Shown here: piece after piece, positions 27,542-39,293 of the stretch
How the letters are laid out: each line of letters starts with the position of its first letter
Numbering within the stretch: the stretch's first letter is position 1
Origin: Camelus ferus
Taxonomy: Eukaryota
Direction of reading: 5' to 3'
Assembly (NCBI RefSeq): GCF_009834535.1
Contig: NC_045697.1
Span: 37,698,001-37,762,000 of the forward strand
DNA: 64,000 nucleotides
Made by a program: the position numbers and the translations under genes
The notes under the pieces: model-generated
The model's database searches: none
What the model was told of the DNA's origin: nothing
What the model saw: the letters and a program-made list of their open reading frames with translations, nothing else

Positions 27542-27895
27542 CTTTTATACTGTATAATATAACTTATATGTGGAATCTAAAAAGTACAACAGACTAGTGA
27601 AAATAACAAAAAAGAAACCGACTCACAGATACAGAGAACAGACTAGTGGTGACCAATGTGGGGAGGGGAGAGGGAGGGACAAGACAGGGGTAGGGGATTA
27701 AGAGGTACAAAGTACTATGTATAAAATAAATAAGCCACAAGGATGTATTGTACAGCACAGGAACTATAGCTAATATTTTACAATAATTACAAATGGAATA
27801 TAATCTTTAAAAATTGTGAATCACTATGTCATACACCTGAAACTTAAATAATATTGTACATTAACTATACCTCAATAAAAATAAATAATTTTTAA
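27542..27895 (+). mobile_element. 5'-truncated LINE-1 3' end with 14-bp TSD (intron 14)
   Basis: L1 3'UTR (tatatgtggaatctaaaa...actatacctcaataaaa); AAGAAATAATATGG at 27528-27541 and 27896-27909. Confidence 0.9.
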
Positions 27896-27945
27896 AAGAA
27901 ATAATATGGATATTAGACAACATTTCCAGGAAAATTCTGCAACTA

Positions 27946-28140
<195 letters not shown>

Positions 28141-30099
28141 TCATAGAACATTTAGCTATAACTTTTGAAGTGCTTTTAGTGTCAGTAAACTATTAAACCA
28201 TTTACTAAACTGTTGATTTACTAAGCTGAAAATATGCAGAGGTTGGTCACTGTGATCAACCTGGTCACTAAAGTTAAGTGGAACAAGTCAGTTCAGACAG
28301 ATCACTGCCTTTCTTTGAATGTTCATACTAGTGACCTGAGCTGGTAATCACACCACAAAATAAAAGTTGTCATATGGGCTTCCTGCCCATGAAATAAATA
28401 AATAAATCCTAGCCAATGACACCCAAAAATTCTGCCATGTTTCTCTCAGAATGTGCAAAACCTCAATGTAATTCAACAAAAAAAGGCTTTATATTTATTT
28501 GGTACTTAAAAAAAAAACTCATACTATTTCCATTGCTCACCATCAGTCCTATGGTAGGCAGCATTAGCCTGATTTTGCAGATGAAGGAGGGTTAAACAAC
28601 TTGTCCAAGTCCCTCTAAGTAAACAGATGAACTCATAATAGATTTACATGAGCCGAAAAGACTAGTCCAGTACTATTTCCTCTAAATAAAACGACACTTG
28701 AAGGAAAGTCAAAGATTTAAAGAAAACAAAGCCCATGGGTCCTTGTTTAAATATACAGGACAGCTTTAGATTTACCCCTTTCCTACAAATCATCAAAGTG
28801 CTGTAGAAATATCTTGTCCAAACATCAAAAGGAATCTTGCAGAAGAAATCCACGTCAACATTTAGCAAAATGAGAATACCTCGACAGTGAACTACACTGG
28901 GGTTTAAGCAAATGGACTCTAGTTTATTTCTAAGAATAATTTTTGGAAAACAACTTGAGAGTCCTTACGAAAGCAAACTAGCTCATCGTGAGCACTATTT
29001 CCTGGGCATGGCAAGCCCGCAGCCTCTTTCACATCTCTGTTGGAATTTTTTCATTAAGTTGAAACCAGACCAGTCACCAAGGTGAACAGAAAAACCATGG
29101 TCATATATATGTGGTGTGATCTGAAGAGCTCTGGGATGACTTCACCCCAAAACATCTCTTCTTCTGCCACCTGAGTCTTAACTCTAGCAAAATCCATCCT
29201 AGTGGCTGTCGGAAGATACCTCTTAAAATATGCCAAAGCCTCTGAAGATATTATTCCGCTAAAACTTAAGTATAAATTACTTTATCTGGGCAGTTCCCTT
29301 TCTTCACAGTGAAAAACCAGAACATAAGCATCCCAGAAACTGGGTAAGAAAACAAAGGAGAGGAAAAATTAGAAGGAGATGGCAAAAAGAGAAACTCCCC
29401 AAATTTGCCTAATTTTCTCAGAGACAGAGCCATGGCTGCACAGATTTTGTGCAAGGAGCAAGGTTAGATGAGGTGTAGAGGGTGGCTTCATGTGGAATTT
29501 ACAAAGCTCTCTGCTGATTAAAATGATCATCTCATTGACCCTGAGCTGTACGGCAGAGGTACAGGCAATGAGGGTGGCACCCCTCCCAGGGGCTCTCAGA
29601 GGTGGTAAGCAACACCATCACCACACTCTTCTGGCAGCAGATGTCTTATCATGCACCTAATCTGTACCACTGTGTCTGGAGCCAACCAAGAAGTAAAACA
29701 GAAAACAACCCCTGTCCTCAAGAACACAGAGACCACACGGTACTGCGACAGGCTGGTGGTGGTCTGTGTTCTCACCCTCCCCACCTACTCCCCACTGTGA
29801 AGTTCCGGCACCCTCCTAGCTCATGGTGGGCATTCCACAAATATGTGTCTCTTTAAATAAATGGATGCCCAAGAATAGGGCAGAACTTGACCTGGTTCAG
29901 GGTAATCCCTTGCAGAAAATAGTGAGTTACCCCACCATCAGGGTTGGAAAGAACCGTGTTGTTTTCTTTTTAATACATCACTTCATCATGATGAGCCTCC
30001 TCGTGCCTCGAGGACTTTCAGTGAGTAAGATAAGTGTTCACGAGTCTACTTCATAAGCTCCTAGCAGACAATCTTCACACAGCCCCCTGAACACTACCT

Positions 30100-30146
30100 T
30101 TAAGGATTTCCAACCATCTCCGGGTGGTCCAGAGTTACCTCCTTAC
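30100..30146 (-). CDS. KDR: Intron-13 read-through tail of the soluble VEGFR2 isoform ([15 protein letters not shown])
   Basis: The frame continues past the exon 13 donor to TAA at 30100-30102. The tail resembles the human sVEGFR2 tail as I recall it. Confidence 0.7.
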
Positions 30147-30488
30147 CTAGGACTGTGAGCTGCCTGGCGACACAATGTCTTTTCTTGGTCTTCCTGTCCT
30201 GAGCAAAGCAGACGTAGTCTCCCTGATCTTGCAAGGATGCATTCTGGAGCTCCACGATCAAAATGTCATTGGTGCTATTAGAGAACATGGTGGCGTTCAT
30301 TTTCCAAAGAACATCCAAGTTTTTGCAAATAGGTGTGGGCAACTCTCCTGTGCGGACTGGTAGAGCCTGGGGGCCAAGCTTGTACCACGTGAGGTTCTCA
30401 AACATAGTTCTGTCCGCGGAGCACTGCAGAGACACGCTCTCCTGCTCAGTTGGCTGAGTGCTGGGTTGCAAGGTGATTTCAGGACCCC
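30147..30488 (-). CDS. KDR: KDR exon 13 (Ig6)
   Basis: [22 protein letters not shown]...[27 protein letters not shown]; 342 nt. Confidence 0.97.
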
Positions 30489-31277
30489 CTGAAAGGTAAA
30501 CCCCCTGTTAGAAGCTAGTGACTTAACTTGGGCAGCATGCTATTATTTTCTTGTTGCCTTCAGCCTGTGATAAAGCCCCACGAGAAGTGAAGCTCCAGCA
30601 ATCCCAGACAATGTAATATAAGAAGACAGCCAACTGGACAGTTAGGTTTCAAAATGTACTATTTGATGAAACTATATTATTTGGAAATGTAAATTAATTC
30701 CTCAGATATTTATCAAATCTTCACTTTGAGCTCGAAACATGGTTTATAAGATTTTATTGAAATCCAACAAAATTCAAAGCAGATAATTATAACATGGAAT
30801 ATCAAAAATTAATTCTTCATGAATACCTAACACTCACTGAGAGGAAAGCTATATTTATTACAGTGAATTAGCCTAGACTGCAATATTTTATCCTGTCCGG
30901 TCAGCTAAAGCTTAGCCACGAAATGAAAGATGAACAGAGAAAATCGGCAGACTTGGGAGGGCACTGCTCCAATGTCATTACAACTGCTTCCAAGACACTC
31001 ACTCGTCAAGTGTCCAGCAGCAAGCACATAAATATTGGCTGAACCTCAATAAGCCAAGCACTGTGCTAGCCTCTGATGATGGAGACAAAAATGTGACATG
31101 GGACTTGAGGTTCAGAAGCAGATGTGAAACCATATTCTCTCTCCTGGGCAGTCAGATGGACTGACTTCACGTTGAGCTGAGGAGTTCTAATTCATGAACA
31201 AAAGCATCGATTATCCATCCAAGTCCCCTTCCTAAAGTCGTGCCGCTCATGGGAATGGCCAGGACGACAGAGTATCA

Positions 31278-31466
<189 letters not shown>

Positions 31467-31939
31467 TTATGCACACGCATTCAGACTAAAATTCAGCGTC
31501 CCCACAACCGCCGTGGCCTGCCTACCCGACTCCTACTCCGGCACTGACCGCGCTCAAATCCGTGCCATTGTAATTACGCTGCAGCAGCTCACACATCATA
31601 CAAAATGAGCTTTGGAAACCAGGAAATAAAGCATGTGTTTTAATACAACATTACACTCATTTTCTCATGTGTATGTTTGTAAACTCAGAATTACCTTACA
31701 ATAGATGTACAGGGCTAATGGCAGATATATCTTCCCTAGCTCTGATAAGGCGTTAATAAGCCAATGGTGCTTCTAAAAGTCAGTGGTCTTTTCAAACTGA
31801 CTTAATATGCTAACATTTTATCGCCCAGTTTATTTGCTGATCAGTCTCCAATGCTCCTCACATGTTGTTTTACCCTACTTTCACTCCAACCTTCCGTGAA
31901 AGAGAGACAGATTTTCAAATTAAAGAACTGCCAACTCAC

Positions 31940-32063
31940 TTTGTTCTTTCCTTCAATTAAGGCAAATTGATTTTTGTTGACTTCAATTTTATTTCCGCTC
32001 TGGACGTCCTCCACGTTTCTCCATTCTTTACAACTATATGGGTTTGTCATTAAGGCAGCTTGG
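31940..32063 (-). CDS. KDR: KDR exon 11 (Ig5)
   Basis: [41 protein letters not shown]; 124 nt. Confidence 0.97.
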
Positions 32064-32279
32064 CTATAAGAAAGAGATAACAGATGATATCGTGACTTAA
32101 TTTTTCTTAAAATTCACCTCAATAGCAAAGAAAGAGCCAGACTTTGGTATTTTGTTCTTGGAAATAACTGTTCAGTGCACCCTACCCCGCTACAAGACTT
32201 GGCGCCAATTAAAAATAGGCCTGGGCAGTGAAGGAAAAGGTTCTAGGTAGATTCATTCAGGATACGGGAGGGAAGCAGC

Positions 32280-32720
32280 TATTTTGGGAACAAACCTCCA
32301 TTCATAAATTGGATCGACAAGACAATTCAAGTTAATTTAGTTCAAAGGCAGGCAAGGAAACTGAGAAGCCATTGGGCTTCTTAAAGCGATCTCCCTGGGA
32401 CTGTGGCCTTTGTGTGGGAAATGGTCAGCATCTGAGGAAGCAACCAGAAGGGGTCATCCCAAAAACAACAACAGGAAGTGAGCTGCCTAGGGTGGTGGTG
32501 GGTGACTTGTTGTTGTTGTTTTTCCTAAGGATGTCTGGACTTGTGTTAGGACGTGATAAGCCGGGCCTGAGGCTCCGAGGTCTATCGCTCCCTCGCATCC
32601 TTCAGCACTTCCTCTGAGATGGACCTTCTCACAGATAAGGAGATCGTGGTATTCACTGGTTGATTGGTACAAGGAGAAAGACCAAAGACTGGCAATTAAC
32701 AAAGTGAGCAAAGAAACTGC
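32280..32720. promoter_or_regulatory. Probable orthologue of the Flk1 intron-10 arterial enhancer
   Basis: RBPJ TGTGGGAA 32413-32420; FOX:ETS AACAACAGGAAGTG 32467-32480; GATA 32554-32559 and 32633-32638. Confidence 0.65.
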
Positions 32721-32915
32721 ACTTCGAGAGGGGTACAATTGGGGCTAACCTAAAGAGAGAGCTAGCTAAGCTCAAAGCAGGATACCTCAAGGAATGACAT
32801 CTCCTATAAATGTAGCCACAGAGAAGATGGAAGGAGACTAAGAGTGCCACCTGAGGAATACCCTTCTTTGAGAGAGCCTTCTTGACTTAGAATGGAGTCA
32901 TATGATAGCCTGGCT

Positions 32916-33150
32916 ATGTCCATCAACAGATGACTGAATAAAGAAGATATGGTGTATACACATATATACACAGGCACAATGGAATACTACTCAGCCATAA
33001 AAAAGAATGAAATTCTGCCATTTGCAACAACATGGATGGATCTGAAGGGCATTATGCTAAATGAAGTAAGTCAGACAGAGAAAGACAAATACTGTATGAT
33101 ATCACTCATATGTGGAATCTAAAAAACAAAATGAACAAATAAATAGAAAA
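32916..33150 (+). mobile_element. LINE-1 ORF2-end/3'UTR fragment (intron 10)
   Basis: tgtccatcaacagatgac...atggaatactactcagccataaaaaagaatgaaattctgccatttgcaacaacatggatgga... Confidence 0.9.
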
Positions 33151-33191
33151 AATGCAAAAGTGCAGCAAAAAGAGGGTGTAGCCCTACTCAC

Positions 33192-33348
33192 GTGGGCTTG
33201 TAGGTGCACTCTGTCTCCAGCTGCCAGTACCACCGGATGTGACTTGGGGGAGGAACGGCATAGACCGTGCACGTCAGTGTTTGGGAGGTGCCATACTGGT
33301 AAGAGTCCACAGGAGAGATCAGAGACTTCTCACCAATCTGGGGTGGGA
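33192..33348 (-). CDS. KDR: KDR exon 10 (Ig5)
   Basis: (V)[51 protein letters not shown](T); 157 nt. Confidence 0.97.
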
Positions 33349-33689
33349 CTGGAGATGAGAAAGACAGCTTTTGAGTTGTCAATCAGCTTTGAAGAATGGA
33401 AAGTAGAAGTTTTCAGCAACCAAAGCCTGTGTTTTTCCAAGCCCAGGATTCTGCCCCCATCTGATTTTTCAAAGAACATGTAGATTTGGAAACAGGACAC
33501 TCTGAGTGATCCTCAGAGTGAGCCTCATGATGATAATAATAATAAATGAATAAGCTGAGTGACTTTGTGCAAGTGTCACCACCCTGCACACATTTTCTCA
33601 TCTACACTATAGGGACAGCTCTCCTTGTCCTCCCAATTTCACAAGATCGGGCAAGGCTCCAGAAAGGAAATAATTGTGAATAATAAAAT

Positions 33690-33830
33690 GCATGTATTAG
33701 GTGCTGGCCATTGTTCTAAGTGTTTTACATCAGTTAATTCATTTAACCCTCAAAACCACAATTATTATCCTCCACTTTACACATGAGAAAAATGAAACAA
33801 AAAAGTGAAATGACTTGCCCAAGGTCACTC
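33690..33830 (-). mobile_element. MIR SINE
   Basis: tcatttaaccctca...tttacacatgagaaaaatga...tgacttgcccaaggtcac. Confidence 0.65.
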
Positions 33831-33835
33831 ACCAC

Positions 33836-33944
33836 ACCTCCTTCTCCGTCTCCCCCTCCTTCTTCCCCTTCCTTCCTTCCTCCCTCCCTCCCTTCCGTTC
33901 CTTGTCTTCTCTCCTCCTCTCCTTTCCTTCTTTCTTTCTTTTTT
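33836..33944 (+). repeat. Polypyrimidine low-complexity tract
   Basis: Almost purely C/T, with (CCTT)n and (CCCT)n units. Confidence 0.85.
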
Positions 33945-35185
33945 TGGCTCCAAAGTCATTAATGTGAAACCATTTTCCCATCATGATCAACCTAAAGCCT
34001 CAGATTATACTTTCAAAACTTGACTTCTTTTTAATGTTTGTTTTAGGGAGCAGGGTCAATATTAGGGGGAATCAAATGTTTAGTGACTTCCTGGATGAAT
34101 GAAATGGAGTTATTCACTGTCCATTTTCACATCATTATTTCTTGTTCATTTCCTTCTCCTAACCCTACTTATCAGCTCCCCAGCTTCTCTCCACCCCCTC
34201 AACCTCCTACACCCAAGTGGCTTCTACATGACATTTCTGGAACCTGTTATCTTTAAAATACTCCCGAGGCTGATGTCCTAGCAAAGAAGTGAAACCAAGC
34301 TCAGCAGACATACAGAGCTTGGCAAGATCTATGGGGAAGCACCTTAACGTCACATGAGAAGATCCTAAAGTTTTAATCTGTCGTGCCAGTAGGAAAAACA
34401 AAGAATTCCTACAGAGAAGCATTTCCCCAACTGTGTTTGAAGCAGGATATTAATGGATGTATGGGGTGCTCTATGCTATGTCTCTGCCCCTGGAGAAAGA
34501 CAATATCCTATATCCATCAGCCTAGCATCTCCCACACCTACCTGACCATAATGCTCCTTTTCCCCCACCCAGAACACTTATTTACATTCTTCAGTTTGGA
34601 AAAATAAAGTTCAAATCATTCTTAAATCAAAAACTTAATATCTCCACTTTACAGCTTCAGAGTCAGATCCAAGACTCCTGCTGAAAAAAAAAATTAAAAC
34701 ATTTCCCACCAGCCAACAATGTCAGCCTGCAAAAGCCTCCTGAGTTGGAATCTGTCTGTGTATCATGGATACATCAATCCCCAAATCAAACTCAAAGCCT
34801 TCTGCAAAATTCAGGAAGAGTCATACACTTTTGCGTGCCCAATTCCATGGATGGGAGCAAAGTTAGTGCATCTTGAGTTTGATGACCATCCCTGCCAGCC
34901 TTCTTATTTCACAGCATTTGGCCATTGGCTGTACCATCTCCTTTAGTCTCACATTTGACCACCAAACGGTTCAATCACATGGCCTCTTAAGCAGACATAC
35001 CTAGAGCACGCTGTCCTACACTCCATTTCAGCCTCACTGCTCTGGATCATTTCTGTACACAGGAGCCCTCATGATGCGTGTGCAGGAGCAGGCTCCAAAG
35101 GAAAGGTGGGTTGGCTGTCCAGGAGGACATAATCATACTCTTTATAATAGATTAGGGGCAGAGAAGGAAAACTGAATGGACTTAC

Positions 35186-35349
35186 CATTCACAACCAGAG
35201 ATACCACATGGCTCTGTTTCTCCTTTGAAATGGGATTGGTAAGGATAACGGTGTAATTTCCTGTGTCTTTTTCACTCACTTCCATAATAGTCAGTACATG
35301 CCCTACTTTAATTGTGTGATTAGACTCAATGGGTCTTCCATTTTTATAC
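35186..35349 (-). CDS. KDR: KDR exon 9 (Ig4)
   Basis: [54 protein letters not shown]; 164 nt; follows an 89-nt intron. Confidence 0.97.
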
Positions 35350-35438
35350 CTATGGGGGGAAAAAAATCCCAAGAATTAGTACAATCTAAGGATTTGTTTT
35401 CATGGGAATGTTGCTTTACATGTATTTCCAGTAGTTAC

Positions 35439-35553
35439 CATTTTATTTCTGGGGGAGGATAACCAAGGTACTTCACAGGGACTCGGACACGGTCTCCCAC
35501 TGTGGCTTCCACCAAAGATTCCATGCCACTTACAAAAGCAACAAAAGGCTTTT
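35439..35553 (-). CDS. KDR: KDR exon 8 (Ig4)
   Basis: (E)[37 protein letters not shown](W); 115 nt. Confidence 0.97.
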
Positions 35554-35829
35554 CTGGAAGAGAATTAAAATATTTTTTCTCATAAATATCAAACTCTTTT
35601 AAATAGTCATTGGGTTTAGTTTTTCGTTTCAAGTGAGCAGTCAAAGACTTTTGGGGGGTCCAAGTCGCTGCAGCTCAGAGAGCCCCCAAACCACATTTCT
35701 ATAGGTCACACTTCAGCTTCTCCCTCACCTCTGGTCTTCGCGTTAGCTCTTTCTTCTCCCCCAGTCCAGTCCGCAGGTCTACCGATTGCTTTCAAGCATT
35801 TGCTCCTCTGTGAAACTTTCTCTAAGTCC

Positions 35830-36510
35830 CCTGGGGGTCCTCGGGTGCTCCTTCCCCTCTGCTCCCCTGACACCCTAAATGTACGCCCCACGTGCCCCAG
35901 GACTCAGTCCTCAGACCTCTTCTCTTCATCTACACCTTCGTTTCATCTCAGGCTTAAAGTATCAAGTACATTCCTCTAAATTCACATCTCCTGCCCTGAC
36001 TACTCTGGGTTTCAGGTTAACATATTAAAATCTCTATCTGAATGTTTAATGGGCATCTCCAAATGAAGCCACCTAACCCTGTGTCCCCAAATCTTCCTCT
36101 CCACCTTACCTTCCTTATGTCAGTTAACAAAACTACCATTCATTCAGTTGCTCATGCTAGAAACTCAAAGGTCATCTTCCATTCTTTTTCTCTTACATTC
36201 CACAGTCAGGGAATCAATTGGCAGATCCTATTGGTTCTATCTTTAAAAATATATCTGGAATCAGATCACTTCTCACCTCCTCCACCTCTACCACCCTTGT
36301 CCAAGCCGCCTACCATCTCTCACCTAGATGAGTGCAATTAGTCTTCTAGCTGGTCTCTACTTCTGCCCTTACTCCCCTAAAGTATTGCACATTTCAAAAA
36401 AACACACACAGAGTAATTCCATGAAAACATAAGCCAGAGCATGTCTCTCTGCTCAGAACTTCCCTGTGCATTCCCATATTATAAAATCCAAATCCTTACC
36501 AGGGCCTATA
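35830..36510 (+). mobile_element. L2 fragment (intron 7)
   Basis: ctcagtcctcagacctcttctcttc...gaatgtttaatgggcatctc...accatctctcacctagatga, typical of the L2 ORF2 end. Confidence 0.7.
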
Positions 36511-36921
36511 AGTTGGGTGCCATACAAATTATCATCTAAACTGAGACATTTATGTCAGTGAGAACCAATGAGAAATTAAATTATTTCCTCCAAGCCCCAC
36601 AGAAAGTAATTAAATACAGGTTTTCCCAATTGCAAAGCTCAGGCTTATTCAAGGAAGTCTCTCTGCCTTGCAATTCAATAAAAATGTAAAAACTATCTTA
36701 GTTAATAACCCTCAGCTTATTATAGTAATAATAATCATAGCAGTGACAGTAAGTGATATGTAGTGAGCACTTACTCTATCAGCTCAGCTCATCAATTAAA
36801 CTTGGGATTTGAACCCAAGCTATGCTCTTGACCTCTAGGTCATGCGGCCTTCCTAGCAAGAGCTCAAAAACACCTTCTGAATGAGCAAAATAGGAATTGC
36901 TAGCTGACCTAAATGTATTTA

Positions 36922-37164
<243 letters not shown>

Positions 37165-37757
37165 TTACTGAACTTCCAAAGTCCAGCATAACATGACCCA
37201 ATAGCTTCTAGATACCCACAAAAGTCTTGGCCCTTGGTGAACTCTTTTGAACACTAATGAAGGGGACTTCAGAAATCTTAACATCATGCATACAGCAAAT
37301 ATAGTTGGTTTCAGATGAAATAAATGCAACCAAGTGAACCAGGAATTTTAGAGCCTCACATAATGGGAATGAGATAAAAATGAACTACAGAAACACAAGG
37401 AAGTGTGCCCAATGTTTAAGAAGTGAGTTTCACGTCACCTCTTAAAGAAAAATTCCCTTAAATGGAAAAGAGATCGAGGACTTTGGAAAACAGAGAAATA
37501 ATGCAACCTGGAAAGATGTAATCACCTAAAGGAAACTAATCTTCACGGCCTGGACAGAGTTCTTGGCTTTGCAGCTTTTTTTGCATGGGTGTGTTCTGCA
37601 ATGGTCTTAAAGTGTGTGTGTGTGCGTGTACGTGTTACTGTGAGTTAAGGCCCTTACATTTCATCTGGCCAGAGAGGTCCCTATTTGTCTCAAGCAAACT
37701 TTGTTGGAGCTTATTATCAAAGTGTTTAGAGATCTGGCTTTGAACTGTTAGTGTTAC

Positions 37758-37897
37758 CTTCAAAGAAGGGTATTCCCAGTTGAAGTCAATTCCCACATTC
37801 AGCTCAGTTCTTGCTGTACAATTTAAGACAAGCTTTTCTCCAACAGACAGCTCAACTCCATGAGGGGGGCTCAGAACCACATCATAAATCCTGTACC
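37758..37897 (-). CDS. KDR: KDR exon 6 (Ig3)
   Basis: [46 protein letters not shown]; 140 nt. Confidence 0.97.
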
Positions 37898-38430
37898 CTG
37901 GAGCAAGTAAATTGGAAAAACAGAAAGTAAGAGGGAAAGCAAATCTATAACTTGGCACACATTTTTTTTCAGAAATGATGCAGCTTCAAAATGTGTCACA
38001 TCATTTTTCCCTGAGGGCCTCCACAGTCCTTGGTAACTCCCAGGAAACTGGCCTACAGAGATTTACAACGCAGCCCTGAAGGGATCTCAAAAATGTTGTA
38101 GCCCAGTGAACAGAAAAGCTGTAAAATCTGAGTGGCCGATAATCAATGGGGCCAGCTTTAGGAAGTCACTGAACTTCTCATAAAATAGGTGTAATTAAAA
38201 TTGATGCCAAGCAATGCTCTGAACATTAAATTTTCCATAAAATATGATCCCATAATAGTACTCTTTTTCATCCTTGGTTTTGGTAAGAAAGGAGGAAAAA
38301 CTCTATTGCACATAGGTTTCTTGGGTAGAGAAGAGCAGATGTAATGAATTGCCTAACACCAAACCGTGAATTAATATATTTTTCAATATCCCTTGTCCTC
38401 CAGGATCTTAATACAGTAAGCCAAGCTTTA

Positions 38431-38667
<237 letters not shown>

Positions 38668-38937
38668 TCAATCAAGTGTTATCCAAAGGCAAAAACCATG
38701 AACACTAAAGAATTCATGTAATTTTTTAAAAGGCAAGTTGGTTTTATTTATTGTCATTTTGACCCTTCCTAAAGGATCTTTACAACACATTGCTGACTTA
38801 ATATTATATAATATAATATATAACGTATGTACTATAATATGTATTATAATAATATATACATAAGGTTATAAACAGGCTACCCATCTTAATATTAGCTTAA
38901 AATTAAGAAAACGTAAGAGATGATGAAAGACGATTTA

Positions 38938-39099
<162 letters not shown>

Positions 39100-39237
39100 T
39101 TAATGGCATTACTGGTCATCTTTCAGGTTCGTAACTCTAACAGAGAAGTGCCTCATGGGGAATGATATTTCATACCAGGGAAAGGAATCCACAGGTAGGT
39201 CTGCTGGTAGATATCTGGCTCCAAGGATGCTACAGAG

Positions 39238-39240
<3 letters not shown>

Positions 39241-39290
<50 letters not shown>

Positions 39291-39293
39291 TGT
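39241..39293 (+). repeat. (TG)21 plus imperfect extension, microsatellite
   Basis: Perfect TG run 39241-39282 in intron 3. Confidence 0.97.
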
